A stretch of DNA of 64,000 bases from Takakia lepidozioides (GCA_030704615.1 CM060734.1:17980001-18044000), one strand, 5' to 3'. Shown: positions 1 to 12,572, counted from the first letter of the stretch. The notes: a model not told the origin generated them from the letters alone. Numbers and translations are program-made.

Positions 1-679
1 TGATGCGCGCGCCTGACTCCCAACCTGGCCGCCGGGCCAACTTGGAGCTTCGGCTGCTCACCGGGGCATAACGGTCCCCCTTTGTTCTCCCAAAGAACCC
101 TCCACCGATTTGGAACCAGCGGGAATTCCCTTTGGTAGTTGGCAGTCCGGAACAGCTCCCCACTCTTTGGTCGCTTTCCGGCTCGCTCGCTTACTCACTA
201 GTTTTTGGTCACCAACGGGCTTGCATTGTTCTCGGGGTTACTACTCCCTATATATACTTCTGTAGCTGTCCGTGGGGGTTTCACAACCAGCCATGCCATT
301 TTATGGCGAACCACCACGAAAACCCTCGACTCCCGGTGATGAGTCGCGGTGAGTCTTGGCCCACTCACCACGGCCCTTATGGACCGTGATGAGTCCCAAG
401 ACTCCCCACGACTCCCACCACGAGGTCTCCGCCCCCATGGTGAGTCCTATGCCACCCCCCCCACTAAGTCCCACTAAGCTACCACCACCCCTTGTGGAGC
501 CACCCCCACCGCAACCCGGTGTGCGGGGCTCCACCTAGTGAGCGCCTCCGCCTCCTTGAGTGCCTTGGGCACTCAAGGGTGCTTCAGCCCCCTCATACCT
601 ATCGCTGCTGCTGCCCCCACCACAGGGGCAGTCCCTCATGTGTCCCGACCCCCTGCCCTCAAGGCAAAGGGCCGCGACA
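1..679 (-). repeat. 3' LTR (first ~52 bp lie outside the window)
   Basis: Matches 4453-5127 and ends ...ggccgcgaca at 679. A PPT-like stretch (rc ttggtaggggtgtg) is adjacent. Confidence 0.95.
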
Positions 680-972
680 CACACCCCTACCAATAGGGAG
701 TCGATGTCCTCATCGACTTGTCCATTTTGTAGAAATAAAATCCAAGTTGTGGCGTCCCACATCAAGGAGTTTGTTTCCGTACCATGGCGTCCCATGGCAA
801 AGAACCAAACCCCACACTTGACTCTACTCTCCATTAGCTAGTTCGGCCGACTTCCTCCAAGTCCCGGCCAGGTGTGGAGCCTCTCAAGCTCCTCCCAGTG
901 CACTCTTCTTGGCCTTCTTCAAGGTCAAGGAACGATCCTCCCCGAGGATCGAATCGCCTTACTGCAACAACA

Positions 973-3900
973 TTGACATACTCCCTCAGTTTGGGCCAGA
1001 AATACTCTTTCTTCAAGAGTGCCGCAGTACGCTTGGCTCCGCCGTGGCCCGCAAGCGGGCTATCATGGCATTCTCTCAAGAGGCTATCTCTGATCCCTCC
1101 CTTCGGCACGTAGAGACGCTTTTGCTTATACCGGAGCAGTCCATTTTGCAAGTGGAACTGCGATTTAACCCCCATCCTCAAGTCCTGCATCACGGACTTC
1201 GCCAGCTCATCCTTCCGGCAAGCCTTCCGGATCTTCCTTTGGAGCGCCGTCTCGCCCTTGTACACCAACAAGAGCTGCTGCTTTCTACTTAAAGCATCGG
1301 CTACCACGTTGTCTCGTCCCGGTTTGTACTGGATATCCACGTCGAACACTGCCAAAGTATCTTGCCACCTAAGTTGTTTTGGGGATAACTTGGGCTGCGT
1401 GGCAAAATACTTCACCGTGACATTGTCCGTGAACACCTTCACTGGGTTGGAACCAACATAGTGGCGCCAAAGCTCAAGACAGTGCACCACCACCTTCATC
1501 TCTTTCTCGTGCGTCGGCCACCGTCGCTCCACTTCATTCAGTTCTTTCTTTCTTTTCGTAAGCCACTGGACGTCCATCTTGCATCAGTACACCCCCAATC
1601 GCGAAGTCCGACGCATCTGTATGTATCTCGAACGGACGATCGAACTCCGGGATTTTCAAGACTGGAGCTTCCGCCATCCGCTGCTTCAATTCAGCAAAAG
1701 CTTGGCCACACAAGGTGTTCCATACCCAGACTTTGGATTTACACAGAAGGTCTGACAACGGCCCCGCGATCTTGGCAAAATTTCTCACATACTTCCCTCA
1801 ATAGGAGGCGAGTCCTAGGAAGGATCGCACTCCCGAGACCGAAGTCGGAGGCTCCCAGTCCAAGATCGCCCTCACCTTTCTGTCATCCATTTTGATCCCA
1901 TCCTGTGTAATCACATGCCCAGGAACTCCACTTTTGTGACCCCGAATTCACACTTTGAAAACTTTGGCATACAGCTTCCCTTCTCGCAATTTTTGGAACA
2001 CCCTTTTCAGGTGCTCCAGGTGCTCCTCCTTTGTTTTCGAGTACACCAAGATGTCGTCCATGTACACGATCACAAAGTCATCCAACCACTCCTAAAAAAG
2101 GCTGTTCATCAGCGTGCTAAATGTCGCTGGTGCATTGGTGAGCCCAAAAGGCATCACCAAGAACTCATATGAACCATACCTTGTCCTGCACGCGGTCTTC
2201 TCCTCATCTCCTTCCGCCACCCGAATTTGATGATAGCCGGAGCGCAAGTCGATCCGGCTGAATACTTCGCTCCTGCCAACCGGTCGAAAAGGTCGTCGAT
2301 CCTTGGCAAAGGGTACCGGTTTTTAATAGTCACCTTATTCAAAGCCCTGTAATCGACACACATCCGCAGCGCCCCATCCTTCTTGTCTGCGAATAGCACC
2401 GGGGCTCCGTAAGGTGACTTACTCGGCCGGATGTACCCCTTTGACATTAGATCTTTGAGCTGAGTCTTCAACTCGACCAACTCTTTGTGGCTCAACCGGT
2501 AGGGCGCCTTGGCAGGCGGTTCCGATCCCGGTATCACCTCAATCTTGTGGTCAACTCCTCTTCGCGGTGGCAAGCCGCTTGGTAAAACCTCCGGCATCAC
2601 GTCCTGGTATCTCTCCAAAATCCCCTTGATCCAATCTGAGCTCGGCTCCCCATCGCCTTCTCCCTTCACTTCTCTAATGTAAAGCAAAAACTGGGGCTCG
2701 TGTGCCTCCTCCACGGCCCACTCCCTTGCTGACAGAAGGTTTATTCGCCCTCCCACGGATTTGGGCGTTTCCGACACTCGTAAGACCTCGCCACCATTCC
2801 CACATGGCAGCGTGACTACTCTCTCTGCGGCCATCTATGACCGCTCCGGATTTGCTCAAAAAGTCATCCCCAAAATGAGATCCACCCCATCGATCTCGCA
2901 GATGAAGTTCTCACGTCCCTCCCAAACTCCCAGTTGAAGAGGAACATCAAACACTAACCTTGTTGCCAATTGCGGTTCTCCTTTGGCAGAACGCACCTCA
3001 ATAGAGGCCCCCACGTCATTTGTTGGGAGTCCCAACTTTCGCGCCGCCGCCGGCGTCATGAAGGAGTGCGACGCTCCTGTGTCCACCAACAACGACACGT
3101 TAGTTCCGAATATTATCCCATCCACGAACAATAACTGACTCCCTTTACGCAGGGCGCCAGTTTCCTGATACAACTCACAAGAATAGTTGCCTACCTTGCA
3201 AGTCCTGGCGACCACCGCTTCCACCAAGCGACTGATGGTATCTTCCGACAGCTCCGTGGTTGCCCGAGTCATGTTCAATTGTCGAGGTTTCGTGCACTTC
3301 TTGGCCATGTGCCCGGGCTCCCCGCAATTGAAACACACTCCATCAAAGGTCGCCTTCTGTCCGCCATAAGCCGCTCCACCCGCTTTTCCTTTTGAAGCAT
3401 CGGGTGCCGCCTTGACGTGTGAAGGCCCTCCCTTCGATTTCCACGTGCCATTGTCGCCGCGTGGCCTATCCCACTTCTTTTCTGGTTGGAAGGAGTCACC
3501 TTCCCGCCGGGTCTTCTTGTGGTTCAGCTCCGTACGGCCTTGTCTCTCACCCCTGGGGACATCCGAGAAACATTCAGCCCTCTCAATTGCCTCGTTCAAA
3601 GTCTTGGGTGGCTTCTCCTCCAACTTCCGCCTGGTCCATGGGGCCAGTCCCGCCACAAAGTTGAAGACCATTTCTGGTTCTGCCATGTCCGCGACTTCCA
3701 GCAACAGCACATTGAAAGCCTGGACATACCCCCGAATGTCATCTGTTTGCTTCAAATTCCTCATCTTGTCCCGGGCAAGCCAGGACGCGTTGAGGGACAA
3801 ACTGTCTCTTCATCAATTCCTTGAACCCACTCCAGTTCAAGATTTCCGGGCTTGGACCTCGGTCGTGAAGGCGTTTCTGCCACCATTGTTGAGCATAGCC

Positions 3901-4345
3901 CCTCAAATAGGTGGGAGCCACTTCCACCCGATCCTCGTCACTCAACTTGGCCGCCCGGAAGTACTGCTCTAGCTCCAGGAGCCAGGTGTTGAGTGCCTTC
4001 CAATTTTGGATGCCCTCGAAGGTGCCGAGTTCCTTAGGCGTCACCTTAAACTTTGCCTTAGTGGAAGTGGCATTAGCCGCCTTCAACACGTCTTTCAACG
4101 TCCCGCCAAACTGCGCCAACAACCCTTCCCAAAGGTCGGCATGGGAGGCATCTCTTGGTTTCGGAGCTCTCAAGGATTCCTCGGGATCCGACTCCTCGGA
4201 TTCCTCCCGCTCTGAGCGGCCTCGTTTTTGGAAACATGCATCGCTTCCTCAAACGGCCGCCTCAGTGACACGTCGCCCCCATCGGGCTCACCAGGATCAT
4301 CATCTTTTGGCCGTTCCGCTTTCGTTTCGGCTTGCCCGACCCCAT
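973..4345 (-). pseudogene. Gag-pol pseudogene (Gag, CCHC knuckle, aspartic protease, RT, RNaseH, start of the integrase zinc-binding region)
   Basis: [48 protein letters not shown] and [10 protein letters not shown] motifs are spread over several frameshifted ORFs. The integrase core is absent. Confidence 0.93.
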
Positions 4346-4386
4346 GATGAGGCCAATCCCAAGGACGATCGCGTACTGAACTCTAA

Positions 4387-4398
4387 GCTCTGATACCA
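4387..4398 (-). promoter_or_regulatory. Primer binding site (tRNA-iMet)
   Basis: Reverse complement TGGTATCAGAGC, 2 nt inside the 5' LTR end. Confidence 0.92.
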
Positions 4399-4400
4399 AG

Positions 4401-5127
4401 TGTCGCGCACCTCACTTCGGTAATCTCCCCCTCAAGTCATAGTTACTCGCTTTGATGCGCGCGCCTGACTCCCAACCTGGCCGCCGGGCCAACTTGGAGC
4501 TTCGGCTGCTCACCGGGGCATAACGGTCCCCCTTTGTTCTCCCAAAGAACCTCCACCGATTTGGAACCAGCGGGAATTCCCTTTGGTAGTTGGCAGTCCG
4601 GAACAGCTCCCCACTCTTTGGTCGCTTTCCGGCTCGCTCGCTTACTCACTAGTTTTTGGTCACCAACGGGCTTGCACCGTTCTCGGGGTACTACTCCCTA
4701 TATATACTTCTGTAGCTGTCCGCGGGGGTTTCACAACCAGCCATGCCATTTTATGGCGAACCACCACGAAAACCCTCGACTCCTGATGATGAGTCGCGGT
4801 GAGTCTTGGCCCACTCACCACGGCCCTTATGGACCGTGATGAGTCCCAAGACTCCCCACGACTCCCACCACGAGGTCTCCGCCCCCATGGTGAGTCCTAT
4901 GCCACCCCCACTAAGTCCCGCTAAGCTACCACCCCCTTGTGGAGCCACCCCCCCACCGCAACCCGGTGTGCGGGGCTCCACCTAGTGAGCGCCTCCGCCT
5001 CCTTGAGTGCCTGGGCACTCAAGGGTGCTTCAGCCCCCTCATACCTATCGCTGCTGCTGCCCCCCCACCACAGGGGCAGTCCCTCATGTGTCCCGACCCC
5101 CTGCCCTCAAGGCAAAGGGCCGCGACA
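4401..5127 (-). repeat. 5' LTR (727 bp)
   Basis: tgtcgcgcac...ggccgcgaca, with TG/CA ends and a terminal inverted repeat tgtcgcg/cgcgaca. Confidence 0.95.
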
Positions 5128-5689
5128 ATGGATGTGTAGTGTGAAAAGAAAGGGGCAAAAACCTCTTTGTAGTTAGTTAGCTGATTGTTCATTGACCAGA
5201 GAATGACCCTGCCTACACTGTAAAGTGTGGGCAGAACTAAGGTTAAGCTATTTGATTACTTAGATCCATGATGAACATGTGTAATTGCATATGCCACGAT
5301 GTTCTCCCCTTCCATTCTGTTTCTTTTCTCTCTGATGACTGGCCTTCCTATGCAACTATCAGTGCATCCCTTGCTATATGCCAATGCCAAATTTCATAAA
5401 CATATATCTAGATGGTTCTTCCCTGCAGCTGTCATCATTGGAAGCAGAGTGTGTCCTTTGTTAATTCTCATTTAGAAATAGACCCCACTTCAACATTGTT
5501 GTGGTGCAACAATGTCCTTGATATCTTGTTCATGGTTTGAGTATAGTCACAGCAAGATATGACAGCCAGCTTAACGTCAATCCATTTCTTAGCAAGGACA
5601 TGCTGACTCGTATAAAGTCATCAATTTATTTTAACAATCCTGATACTGGTCTCTTTACACATGCAAATGCAAAGTATGAATCAGTATTT

Positions 5690-5920
5690 ATATCTATCCA
5701 TCGTTAGGTCGAAGCCATAGTGTCACTAAGTCTACACTACAGTATCATCTCTATAGCTTGCAAGTATCAAGCTACACTCCGTCGTCTCTCTCCTCCTCCA
5801 CGTACTCCCCTCCGTGTACTCCAAGTCCATGCGATCAAGAAGTGATCCTCCCTCCGTAGCTATTCTACCTTTTCTACCCGCCATCTGTCCTAACCGTCTA
5901 ACTAACAGTTACCACTCTAA
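5690..5920. repeat. Degenerate LTR-like repeat, related in inverted orientation to ~30800-31040
   Basis: ctacagtatcatctctatagcttgcaagtatcaagc and ctaactaaca match the reverse complement of 30800-31015 (ctacagtatcactacagctttgcatgtaacaagc; tgttagttag). Confidence 0.4.
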
Positions 5921-6741
5921 CCGTCAGTCACGACAGTACGAACTGTATTGCCGTTTCTTATGTTGGTGACGTTCCCGCGTTCTCGTTCCTCTCCTGTGGT
6001 AACAACACCCTGTGACCTATGTGGAGCTGTGTGGAGCTGTGACCGCACAATTATGATGGTCACAACTGTCGTACCCTGTACCCGTGGTAGCCATGTCTGC
6101 GCAAAATTAAGGGTACCCCACAGAACCTGTAAATTGTCTAAGTCCCAGACAGCCCTGTAACATCTTTCAGTTGAACCATTCTCGCTCCCACAGCAGAAAC
6201 GGTAGTCCAGGGTGGCACATCTGAGCTTTAGTGTGCTTACACTTGAGGACCACATGACAATAAACTGGAGGGAGGTGAGTAAATCTACCATGGTTCCAGA
6301 GGGGCTGTTTTATAGAACTATGGAGCTTGAAAGTCTATTGGTCACACACCAATCTCAGACTTAGCAGCAGGAAGCAAAAGCTGCCCATGTGGCAGAGCTG
6401 GAACAGGAGCTTGAGAGCTTGCAGGAAAGGCTAGCTGATATTAAAGAGAAGGCAAAGGCAACAGACAAAGGAGCTACTCTCATTGTAGACAGCTCTAGCA
6501 AAGCAATCAACCACACTGAAGTGGCGAACTAGAGGCCAGGCATTAAATCATCCTCGACTGGGGACTATTGGAACATCCTGGTGCACAACACATTATTTGT
6601 TTAATAACACAGTGCAGCAACAACATATATTGGATATAATGAGCTGCAGTCCAGAAAGACAAGCAAGCGACTGGCCCCAAGAGCTCGTTCGGCTAAAACA
6701 TCAAAAAATGTCCATGGGCATGCCGATTTGTAGGCTGTACC

Positions 6742-6800
6742 GGGGCTGCTATTTCATGAGCGGCATGAGCATGAGCGGAAAAAAACAAAGCATGAGCGAG
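6742..6800 (+). repeat. Left TIR with CATGAGC sub-repeats
   Basis: gctatttcatgagcggcatgagcatgagcgg is mirrored by ccgctcatgccgctcatgctcatgaaatagc at 18032-18062. Confidence 0.88.
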
Positions 6801-6950
6801 CCATTGTGTGTCCACGGAAATAGGGTTAGGAGGCACGGAAATAGGGTCATGTGGACTCGTCATAGCAATGAAATGCAACATTTTATTGCAAATTTTGTGG
6901 CAAGCCACGTCTATACAAGTGTGTCCTAACTGACATAGCAGGAATGGGAA

Positions 6951-9900
6951 CTACTCTCCTACACCTTCTGAGGAACTTGGCCCTCCTTCTTCCTTATCCC
7001 CCTCATCCCCCCCATCCTCTGAGCTCTGTGATGCATCGGTTGCATTATGCCTCTCAAAAATTCCGTCCTCTCCTTGGGGGACTGTCCACCTCACCTCCTG
7101 GGAATCTTTTGCCTCTTCTCCCCCATTTTCCTTAGCAGAATCCAAGACAAATCTACGAGCCCGACAGGCTCTAATATCTGCTGCCTCCTCCCTCATCTTC
7201 ATTTTCTTGAGGCTTGCCTCGTCTAAAATCTGTTGTACATGACTAGGTTCGGAAGACCTCCTAATGGACACCGAAGCAAGCCGGGTAGCATAAGTAGGAA
7301 GGATGTAGTCCCTTTCTAGACTAGGCATGAAATCCCCCCTGGCAAAAAAAGGCACGTTCCTCCTGCCCATGAACTCCAGTGTAGACGGCCCTCCTGCAGT
7401 ACTTGGCATCCTACAGTAAGAACAAATCCACTTCAAGAATGTCAATACCAGCAGAAGCAGAAAGGGTTTTCAATGAAATAAGAGAGCGAAGGGAGGTGCC
7501 TCACAAAATCTGGAGGCAACTTACAATGCGACCACTCACTCGTAAACCGGGGGCTCATCGGCCTTGATCCCAACTTGTTCCTCCCCCTGCTCCTTCTCGG
7601 ATTTTTCCTCATCCTCCAAGGGTGCCTCTTCCTCTTTGGGCAGACGTTCAGCTGCTGTAAGTTCCGAGTTGTGAAGGGCAGTATCTGGCTCGAAGGCGAA
7701 CACATGCCTGTCGGACAACGTCCCTGCCCACATTGAATCACCTGAGGAACAAAGCGGGCGGTTAATAGCTTGCGGCATGCAATTGCAATTGGGCCAGGGG
7801 ACAAACTGAGCACGTGAAGGGTTACCCGTGCCACATGTGAGGTCAAGAATCCGCCCTTGGTCATCCGAGCACGTCTCCATGAGGGTTTGGATGAAAGCAG
7901 GGCTCCGGGTCCGGCTATACCGCCACGGTTTGCCTGTCTTTGTGTCCTTCGGCATACTGGAGTGGGTCGGTGAACTCGTGGCTCCGGCGGGCATGGGGTA
8001 TCTCCCGAAAGAATAGGTCGGTTTTATACAGCAAAAAGTACCTCGTCACATAATCGCGTAGGCTCTCTGCTGCAGGAGAAATCTCCATCTTGAACTAATG
8101 TGCTTGTGTGTCCAGCTGCTCTTGCGCATTCGTCGTCACCTGTGGAGATTCTCCATCAGATCAATCGAAAATTCATTCGGATGGCTCAACGGATGGTTGG
8201 CCATCGAAATGATTTTGGTTCACTTTGAGACTTGGCCACTATGTTCAATGTGCCATGTAAGAGGCCCCAGAGTAATATGAGATCAATCAAAATTCGTTCA
8301 ATGGGCCAACGGATGGTTGCCCATCCAAATGATTTTCGTTCGCTTTCAAACCTTGGCCAGTGTCCTCTGATACGTCCCAGTGTAATACGAGATCAATCGA
8401 AAATCGTTCCATTGTCCAATGAGGCGTTCACTTTGCCATCTGGTTTTGTTCAATGCGAAAAGAAATCTTGCAATGCGTGCACGGCTATTGCACCCATTGA
8501 ACGGTTGTGGTTGAAGCCCCTCTTTTGCCCGCACGTGCTTGAGAGTAGAAGCGCCAAACGAAGCATGGGGAAGTACCTGAAACCACCATGTCATGCGGTT
8601 CATCCACATGTCGAATGTCGGTTCAGACAGTTTGTCGGTTTGGGGAAGCTCCACATGTCCTTGTACTTAGGGAACCATTCCAGATTTGGAGCCACCGGGT
8701 CTGTCCAACCACCCAGCATATTCGTAAGCGCCAACACCACAAAACGAGTTGTTGCCACCACCACAATTTGGTTAAGAATGTATCACCTTTTCTGATGCAT
8801 CCACACAGGATGTGGCTAGACGATGGAGCTTCTCAATGTCATCGTGGGCTTTAGAGCGCGGGAGTAGTGCTTCCCCCCACCTCCACCAGAAAGTCGGCAC
8901 CAAGGGCTGGATCAGCTATGGCCACGTACTTTACCATCCGCGACTTGTACTTTATATGCGGGCCCTGGCCTCCGCAGCTTTGAGATACGATTCGAGTGCC
9001 GGGAGGGTTAGATTCTTCTCCTCTGACTCCATGTAGAACCTCCGCGCATGTGCCAAATCCTGCTGAATTTTCGTCTGTCAAGAATGCGCACATAAGATTA
9101 GAGATCCTGCTCAACACTTTTTCTTCTATTGGGGGGAGGAGAGACAGATTAGCTCAACAAAACAGTCAGGAGCTTTACCCCGAAATATGTAGTCCACCAT
9201 GGCGTCCTGCTCAGCTATACCAGGTTCTGTCTGCCTTTGCCTCCGACTTGCGCAGGAGGTCGGCACTGAGCGAATTGGCAAACTCTTGCACCCCCTGCTT
9301 CCCGACATCCTTCACTCGGAAGAGCATATGGGACAAGTTGTGGCAATGAAGGCATTCTCAGTCACCCTGCAATGCCACATTTCCATCAAACAATACTGAA
9401 TGGGAATTTTCAACAAATATGAGGATTCGCAATGAAATGACTTACAAATTTGGGTCCAAAAGCAAGAGGCGTTGTAACTTACGAGTTGATGTCCGCCATT
9501 GCAGCTTTGAGAAGACTGCAATCTTTGGGCCCGCAACCTTCAGCACAACACACTCCCGGCGAAATGCCAATCGAGGTTGGGGTGGGCTTCGGCTATGTGC
9601 TCCATCCATGCCAGAGGCGATGATTACCGTCCCACACGTAAAACATCTTTTTGGACAAGTGCTGGAAAAAGAGGATCAGTAGCAATCGATCTCTCGAACT
9701 CCTTATTTCGCCTTTGCCAATGGGACCCCATTTGTCCACCTCATCGGAAGTGTGGGGCACGGGAAAGCTCCGTGGTCGTTCTCATGGAAACGTAAAACGC
9801 GGCAGACCCCATTCGATATCCATCCGGAAAGAGAATTTCAGCTTGTCGATATCGCCTGGGAGGGCAGGTCTCACCACCTGCAAAGACAACCAAGCGGCAA

Positions 9901-11521
9901 AGGGGAATTTGAAGCTTGGCCGGGTACACCATGCCACCCAGCACCCTGCCAATGTTGCTGTGGGTTGCCTCCAACATCTTGGCAGCGGCCACTTCATATC
10001 CGCCTCCGACATGACGTCTGCTGCAGAGGGTTCTCCGCAGCCCACCAGGACCGCCAAATCCAGCCTGTATGTTGCGGGTTTGGGGCCTGGGGATGTCCGG
10101 GAGGATGTCATCCTGATCAGAAAGCTCGGTGTCGTCCCTCCTCAACATGGTCAACCACCGGCAAAAACCACCTCGAGCACTCTCCCCTCTCTCTACTCCA
10201 TCTCATCCCCGGCTTCACCTCGAACTTGCACAATCCGTGCTCTTTGTGGTGTTCTTTCCTCTCCTCCTCTCTCCACCGTATGGGTAATTGCGGGGGGCTG
10301 CTCTTGTCCGCGATGGTGTAACCGGTGTGTTACTACTGCTCTTTGTGTGTCTTGGAGGGATCCACCGTCTTTGTGCGTCCTCGCTTACATGGGCACTGTC
10401 ATTTCGGCGGCACCCCTGGCCTCTTCAGTGGCCTTTTCTCTTTCCTCCTGGCTAGCCTTCTGTCTCGCCTGTTCTTTTGCCTCTCACGGGCTTTATGTTT
10501 CTTACTAGGGCTACAGCAGGGGAGCCTCCAGGACGACCACCTTTGATTGAGGAGAATTGACACCCTTTCGCGCACTGCTCACTCCCCCTCCGCAGCCCGT
10601 GACGGCTCTCTCTTCGCCGGGGATTGCATGTGTTTGGCTTTATCTTCTTCTTTTGCATGGGCGGGGCCCTACTGCATGTGCATCAACAACTCCATTGCCG
10701 AATCTGCTGTCCTCACGCCCTTCACCTGCCATGCCGCCTGCACCAACCCCCCAATGTCTATTATGTCGTACTCTCGCTGCAGGTCCTCCCGTCCACCAAC
10801 AAAAGGTTTAGTTTGCCTCCCGCCCCAAGTTGGGCGATCCAAAACATGCGATGAGTGGAGCTGTCGATGATACCACCAGCATGCCGGGCTCGTCGTCACT
10901 CTATTATTCCCGAAATTCGTGAGAACCAACATCGGAATGAAAACCATCATCCGCCACGAGCAGCGCAACCACCATCGAACACAATCGTGGAACAACAATG
11001 AAAACAATCCAACCAATGCAATGACATGCACAAGCAGCCTTCTCCAGAGTTGGCCGGCTTGCACACCATTGCAAACTATCTAAGGTTCACTCAACCAGTA
11101 ACTTGCAGAAACACGATGAACAAATGAACACGAATTCCATAAGACGGGAAAACAGGGTGAAATGTTTGAAGGCACTTCATCTGCTTAGACAATCTTCTCA
11201 GCTCAGCATGGATTTCCTTAATTCCGAGATGCAACCTGTTATCTACAGCGAGGTGTGCACCCTGTTCTGTTTGCACAGCAATTGAATGCAGCAACGACCT
11301 GGCCCTTCTAACCACTCTGACCTTGATCATTCTTCTCAACAACTCGTGCTTTGCGATGCAACCATGCGCTTCCAGGGGCTGCAGGGGAAGATGTGAAATA
11401 AACTAAAAAACGAAGAAAACCGAAAGAGAAGGGGCGGAACCTGAGAGTGCTTCGACTTCAGTTGGCGGCGGCTGTGAGCAAGACATGGGAATTTCCTGCT
11501 GGAGGCTTAAGTTTGGCCATG
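6951..11521 (-). pseudogene. Spliced ParB/Srx-like domain + beta-class-like amino (N6A/N4C) DNA methyltransferase fusion, frameshifted; 5' end approximate
   Basis: Manual minus-strand translation gives KLQIPLCRLV (IPLCRL at 9891-9908), VRPALPGDIDKL, GSAAFYVS and KMFYVWDGNHRL (DGNHR at 9617-9631, ParB box). The C-terminal part reads KPWRYSRTRSPAFIQTLMETCSDDQGRILDLTCGTG, then an 84-nt GT-AG intron (7825-7742), then DSMWAGTLSDRHVFAFEPD, matching the motif X-I-II layout of N6_N4-type MTases. No DPPY/SPPY motif was found. Confidence 0.72.
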
Positions 11522-11908
11522 CGAGAGGTTGGACGTCGCCGTAGTACAAAGCCCTTCAGCTTCCGCCGCGGTCTGGATGTGGGTTTCTCTCAGGAGAGCC
11601 ACGCCCTTCTCCACGCGGCATAAGTCCCAGCAAAAGAAAAAAGATCTCGCAGTATGTGTGCGTACATGCCTTGAATAGAAGTTCATCCAAGTTTAGCATC
11701 AGGTTTCCAAGGCGTATCCGGGAAGCAAGCGCGGAATCCTTGTGTCGCCAGCCCGGTTCAAAACCGACGGCGGAGGACATTTAAATGCGGCACTACGTCA
11801 ATCGCCCGCTGGATGGAAAAAATCGGCGAAGGAATTTCCATCCAGCGGATGAAGTATGACGCAACGAGGCCATCCCTCCGCCCGAGCCGTTCTCATCTAG
11901 GAGACGCC

Positions 11909-12572
11909 GGATGGAAATCCTGCGCCGCATTTCCATCCTGCAGGTAATTCGGCGGCGGCCGATGGAAATCCGGCGCCGAATTTCCATTCCAGAGGTAATT
12001 CGGAGTGCGGCCGGATGAAAAAACGGCGCCGAATTTCCATCCCAGAGGTAATTCGGAGCGCGGCCGGACGGAAAAAAGGCGCCGAATTTCCATCCGCCAC
12101 GTAATTCGGAGCGCGGCCGGATGGAAAAACGGCGCCGAATTTCCATCCTGCAGGTAATTCGGAGCGCGGCCGGATGGAAATCCGGCGCCGAATTTCCATC
12201 CCAGAGGTAATTCGGAGTGCGGCCGGATGAAAAAACGGCGCCGAATTTCCATCCCAGAGGTAATTCGGAGCGCGGCCGGATGGAAAAAAGGCGCCGAATT
12301 TCCATCCGCCACGTAATTCGGAGCGCGGCCGGATGGAAAAACGGCGCCGAATTTCCATCCTGCAGGTAATTCGGAGCGCGGCCGGATGGAAATCCGGCGC
12401 CGAATTTCCATCCCAAAGGTAATTCGGAGCGCGGCCGGATGGAAAAACGGCGCCGAATTTCCATCCTGCAGGTAATTCGGAGCGCGGCCGGATGGAAATC
12501 CGGCGCCGAATTTCCATCCCAGAGGTAATTCGGAGCACGGCCGGATGGAAAAACGGCGCCGAATTTCCATCC
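11909..12572. repeat. Tandem array of 13 x 53-bp units, each with a ~30-bp palindrome (consensus GGATGGAAATTCGGCGCCGAATTTCCATCC), with a 4-unit higher-order period
   Basis: Units were counted directly. The spacer pentamers run tgcag/cagag/cagag/gccac twice, then tgcag/caaag/tgcag/cagag. Confidence 0.95.

Larger units (their letters stand above)
1..5127 (-). mobile_element. Ty3/Gypsy chromovirus (Galadriel-like) LTR retrotransposon, integrase/chromodomain-deleted copy; its 3' LTR runs off the window start
   Basis: Near-identical LTRs at 1-679 and 4401-5127 (TG...CA). tRNA-Met PBS at 4387-4398. Gag, protease, RT and RNaseH fragments on the minus strand, collinear with the element at 46306-53267. 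Confidence 0.96.

Noticed and set aside
9651-10508. 285-aa plus-strand ORF
   Set aside because: It is the antisense shadow of the ParB-MTase gene and has no motifs of its own.
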